Below, piece by piece: positions 60,899 through 64,000 of a stretch of 64,000 nt of DNA (the stretch's first letter is position 1; the number at the start of each line of letters is the position of its first letter). Made by a program: the position numbers and the translations under genes. Source of the DNA: a bacterium (GTDB lineage: Bacteria; Hinthialibacterota; Hinthialibacteria; Hinthialibacterales; Hinthialibacteraceae). The stretch covers positions 1,120,001-1,184,000 of the forward strand of contig CAXXMV010000006.1 of the NCBI GenBank assembly GCA_963662285.2, written 5' to 3'. Below the pieces are notes generated by a model. That model did no database searches. It was given only the letters and a program-made list of their open reading frames with translations, and was not told the DNA's origin.

Positions 60899-63800
60899 TT
60901 ATTCCACCGTGATCGTTTTAGGTAATGATGAAGAGCGGATTTTTGCGTCGTACATGCATTCGGCCTGGATTGGTGGATATTGATAGCGTCCCTTGGTTAC
61001 GGCTCGCACCAGGTAGTAGAAATGATGGGTTCCCCGGTGTAATTGGTTGAACGCCAGAACTACACGGTCGTCACGGATTTCCATATGAGACGGCAACACT
61101 GCTTCTTTTAGGCTGCCGGATGGAACCGCGTTTGGATCAAGCCGGGGATTTTCGATTTCCAAGCCGGCTGGTAATAAGTCGGATACCAGAACATAATCTA
61201 AGGTATTGGGACAATCGATCTGGATATCGACTACATATAATTCACCCTGATCGAAGTGCGAGCCTTCGAACTCTTCATTGCCTAACATTAACTGACGTTT
61301 AACGCGGATTCCTTCATTAACCTCTTCAGGCGTAGCGTCTTGAGGGATGCCATGCGATGTCAGACTGACGTACATCGGGGTGGAACCTGTGTTGGTTACT
61401 TTGCCTTGGATTAAAACACCCTCTTCTTTGGCTGAGAATATCTCCGTTCCCTCGATTGATTCATTGGTTGATTCAAATTGAATATTCGCTGAAGCCTTAG
61501 TGATGCCTTGGGCCATGTCGGATAGATATCCACTCAGGGCGGTGACGATAAAGGCGGTCTCCTGGGTGTTGCCATAGCGGTGTTGTTCGAGGAAGGAGAT
61601 CAGTTTTTCCGCCAGTAATGCGATTTTTTCCGGTTCTCCACCCATCTGTTGTAGGGCCATTAACTCCACTGCATCATTACGGATTTCTGATCCGAAAACA
61701 GCGCTGTTATAAGGCGAATCGAATTGTTTGGTTGGCGTCTTGCTCAGGTAGAATTTGATGCGTTCCTGATCGTTGGTATTCATGGCTAACGCCGCCGCCA
61801 GCAGATAGCGAACCGTAGTGGGCAGGGCGATGGCGTCAAAGCGCTGGATTTGTTCCAATGCTTCAGAATCGCCGCCCAGCGCCAGAACATACAGGGCGTA
61901 GGCGCGGATATACATATCGTGATCTGAACGCTTGTTCCACTCCTGGCTGATGGAGCGCACGTACTTTTTCAAGGCGTCATAATTGGCTTCGGGGATTTTA
62001 TATTCCCGGTCATTTTTGATTAACGTCAAAAAATGAAATGCATAAATTGAGCCGTATACATGAGGTCTGGTATCTCCACTCCAGTAGCCTAATCCTCCCG
62101 ACGAGGTTTGCATGGAGAGCAGGCGTTCGATTCCGATACGGATGTACTCATCTATCCGGCTGTCTTCCAGCGAGGCTTTGAGCAGCGTCTGGTTCTTGCG
62201 CAGCAGGAACATGGGCAGCAGCCTGGATGTGGTTTGTTCCACGCATCCGTGGGGATAGCCCACCAGGAAGGCTAATGCGTCTTTAAGTCGCAGCAGCGAA
62301 TTGGCGCTGACCATTATCTCCATTTTATTGCGTGGATCGGCGATCATCTCACTGTTATCGAACGAGAATGTTTCTCCCGCCGGAAGAACCTTAAGAGCAT
62401 GTCGGGCTTGAAATGCCAATGGAGGATAGACCGGAATAGGCAGTTGTTCGCTAACCTCTTCGATAGAGTTTCCACTCTCATCAAAGAATTCAGCCTTCCA
62501 GTTTACATATCCCTGTCCGACCAGTTTTTTGGTTATCAGGTTGGCTGAATAGGCTTTTTCGGCATGAGCCGGAATTTCCAACTCAATCGCGCCTTGGGTA
62601 TCCTGCAGGGTTCCAGATGTAGACCAGGTTAATTTGACCAGGCAGTCCTGATCGGTCTGGTTGAATACTACAGCGCTGCTTTGGATTGAATCATTGGGCA
62701 GCAAAAAGCGGGGCAGGCTGGTGCGCAGCATGTAGGGACGCCGCACGAATATATTGTCGCTGATGGAACCTGTGGCGGTGGCGTTTCTAACCACTGCGTC
62801 CATTCTTAATTGACCGGTATATTCGGGGATATCCATTTCGATGGTGACCAGTCCATTCTCGTCGCTGGTTACCATGCCCGACCATACCGCTACCGGTTTA
62901 ATCCAATTCTTCAATGGAGGAGCGGCCACCCGCGAGGCTAACGCCATATCGCCGCCGCCGGGCAGCAGCTTTTCGAAATCATATACCACCCTATCGTAGT
63001 AGTGGTTGTAGCGTAAATCCGGGCGCCGCAAGCGGGCGAAATGAGAGTATGGATCAGGGCTTTGGTAACTGGTCAGACCATGAATCCCTTCATCCACCGC
63101 CGCCAGGGTTAACTCCGTCTTCACTGGTTGCCCGTCATGATCTGTGATGGAAAGCGTGAAACTATGTTTCTGCGCCGGACGGATTTCTTCCGGCAATTCT
63201 GTGAATGCAACATTCAGTTTCCGATTGGGATCATTAACCTTGATGGTCTTGGCGGTAAAACTTGAGAATGGATAGACCTGTGATTTCTTGGAATCCACTT
63301 CATGGATGACCGATGCTTCGATCCAGATATTTGGATAATCCTTCTCTGTGAGTTCAAGGCTGAACTGACCCACATTATCTTTGATGCTAACGGGAATCAT
63401 TTTCTGAATCTCATCGGTTTGTATTACAACCAGACCTTGTCCGTTGAAGGGAGACTCAATGCGGAAGACCGCTTCATCTCCCACGTTATAACTCGATTGG
63501 TCGGCTTGTATCTTAACCAGACTGGGTTGGGAAGATTTTACCGGGAAACATTGTCTACCGTTGCAATAAAAGTGTAATGTGCTGAATTGAGGCGTAGCAT
63601 CGCTGTGAACTCTGATACGGTACTGTCCATAATCTTTAACGTCGAAATAGGTTTGTCCTTTTCCCTCTGTTAAAGGTATCGATACAGTCTTGATAATTTG
63701 ATATTTTTTGGTCCAGTTGGGCGAGTTGTAACTGTAATAACGGCGCACGTAATAATCCCATGTCTCCTTTTCCAGTGTGACCGAGGCGTAACTAATCTGC

Positions 63801-64000
63801 GCAGCAGCCTGATCCGGCTGAATGGCGGCGGCGAACACATCAATACCCCCGGCGCCTTTGTTGGGCGTAGCGGCAATGCCCAGGATAGTCGTACTTGGGA
63901 AAAAGGTTGCGTTGGCTTTGGCGGCGACCGAACGTCCGCCCAGCTCGGATACTTCGCCGATCACTACGGCCTGCATTGGAAATGTGACGTCATTACCGGG
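60899..64000 (-). CDS. Bacterial alpha-2-macroglobulin (YfhM-like); 5' part lies outside the window
   Basis: AAVDEGI, PRFL.P.D, thioester YPHGCVEQTTS, NTQE, DLLPAGLEIEN, EIRDDR, AECMY. The reading frame is open to the window edge. Confidence 0.93.
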   Translation of the reverse strand, partial: PGNDVTFPMQAVVIGEVSELGGRSVAAKANATFFPSTTILGIAATPNKGAGGIDVFAAAIQPDQAAAQISYASVTLEKETWDYYVRRYYSYNSPNWTKKYQIIKTVSIPLTEGKGQTYFDVKDYGQYRIRVHSDATPQFSTLHFYCNGRQCFPVKSSQPSLVKIQADQSSYNVGDEAVFRIESPFNGQGLVVIQTDEIQKMIPVSIKDNVGQFSLELTEKDYPNIWIEASVIHEVDSKKSQVYPFSSFTAKTIKVNDPNRKLNVAFTELPEEIRPAQKHSFTLSITDHDGQPVKTELTLAAVDEGIHGLTSYQSPDPYSHFARLRRPDLRYNHYYDRVVYDFEKLLPGGGDMALASRVAAPPLKNWIKPVAVWSGMVTSDENGLVTIEMDIPEYTGQLRMDAVVRNATATGSISDNIFVRRPYMLRTSLPRFLLPNDSIQSSAVVFNQTDQDCLVKLTWSTSGTLQDTQGAIELEIPAHAEKAYSANLITKKLVGQGYVNWKAEFFDESGNSIEEVSEQLPIPVYPPLAFQARHALKVLPAGETFSFDNSEMIADPRNKMEIMVSANSLLRLKDALAFLVGYPHGCVEQTTSRLLPMFLLRKNQTLLKASLEDSRIDEYIRIGIERLLSMQTSSGGLGYWSGDTRPHVYGSIYAFHFLTLIKNDREYKIPEANYDALKKYVRSISQEWNKRSDHDMYIRAYALYVLALGGDSEALEQIQRFDAIALPTTVRYLLAAALAMNTNDQERIKFYLSKTPTKQFDSPYNSAVFGSEIRNDAVELMALQQMGGEPEKIALLAEKLISFLEQHRYGNTQETAFIVTALSGYLSDMAQGITKASANIQFESTNESIEGTEIFSAKEEGVLIQGKVTNTGSTPMYVSLTSHGIPQDATPEEVNEGIRVKRQLMLGNEEFEGSHFDQGELYVVDIQIDCPNTLDYVLVSDLLPAGLEIENPRLDPNAVPSGSLKEAVLPSHMEIRDDRVVLAFNQLHRGTHHFYYLVRAVTKGRYQYPPIQAECMYDAKIRSSSLPKTITVE

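Noticed and set aside
306-63876. Numerous 60-150 aa ORFs antisense to or overlapping long genes
   Set aside because: Shadow ORFs of well-supported CDSs, with no recognisable motifs.

Overview
A 64-kb bacterial chromosomal window from a diderm organism. It is rich in secreted proteins and has no rRNA, tRNA or CRISPR array that I can see. The gene style (Tat-tagged oxidoreductases, HzsA-like and YVTN/di-haem proteins, bacterial alpha-2-macroglobulin with pbpC) suggests a PVC-like or candidate-phylum lineage such as Sumerlaeota or Hinthialibacterota/OLB16; this is inference only. Housekeeping and accessory content: two-component kinases, a TetR-AcrA-AcrB efflux unit, beta-carbonic anhydrase, a thioesterase-iorAB-paaK-ACT-paaK aryl-acid cluster, and alpha-2-macroglobulin-pbpC. 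Main signals: (1) Four unrelated signal-peptide-bearing proteins end in the same short motif, [VL]-x-x-W-x-[LI]-[YFH]-COOH. They are a choice-of-anchor-X-like protein, a beta-propeller, a nonahaem cytochrome and a WD40 protein, and the motif is a candidate uncharacterised C-terminal sorting signal. (2) A DUF2089 HTH regulator has three palindromic operators phased 21 bp apart over its own promoter. It heads a tandem array of SHOCT-tailed membrane paralogs, one split at a T9 tract. (3) A hydrazine-synthase-like alpha protein and a fused beta/gamma-like protein lie within 5 kb of each other. (4) A ~315-nt structured leader precedes one secreted protein. (5) Several REP/MITE-like repeat families are present, plus an internally deleted RAYT transposase still flanked by its inverted repeats.
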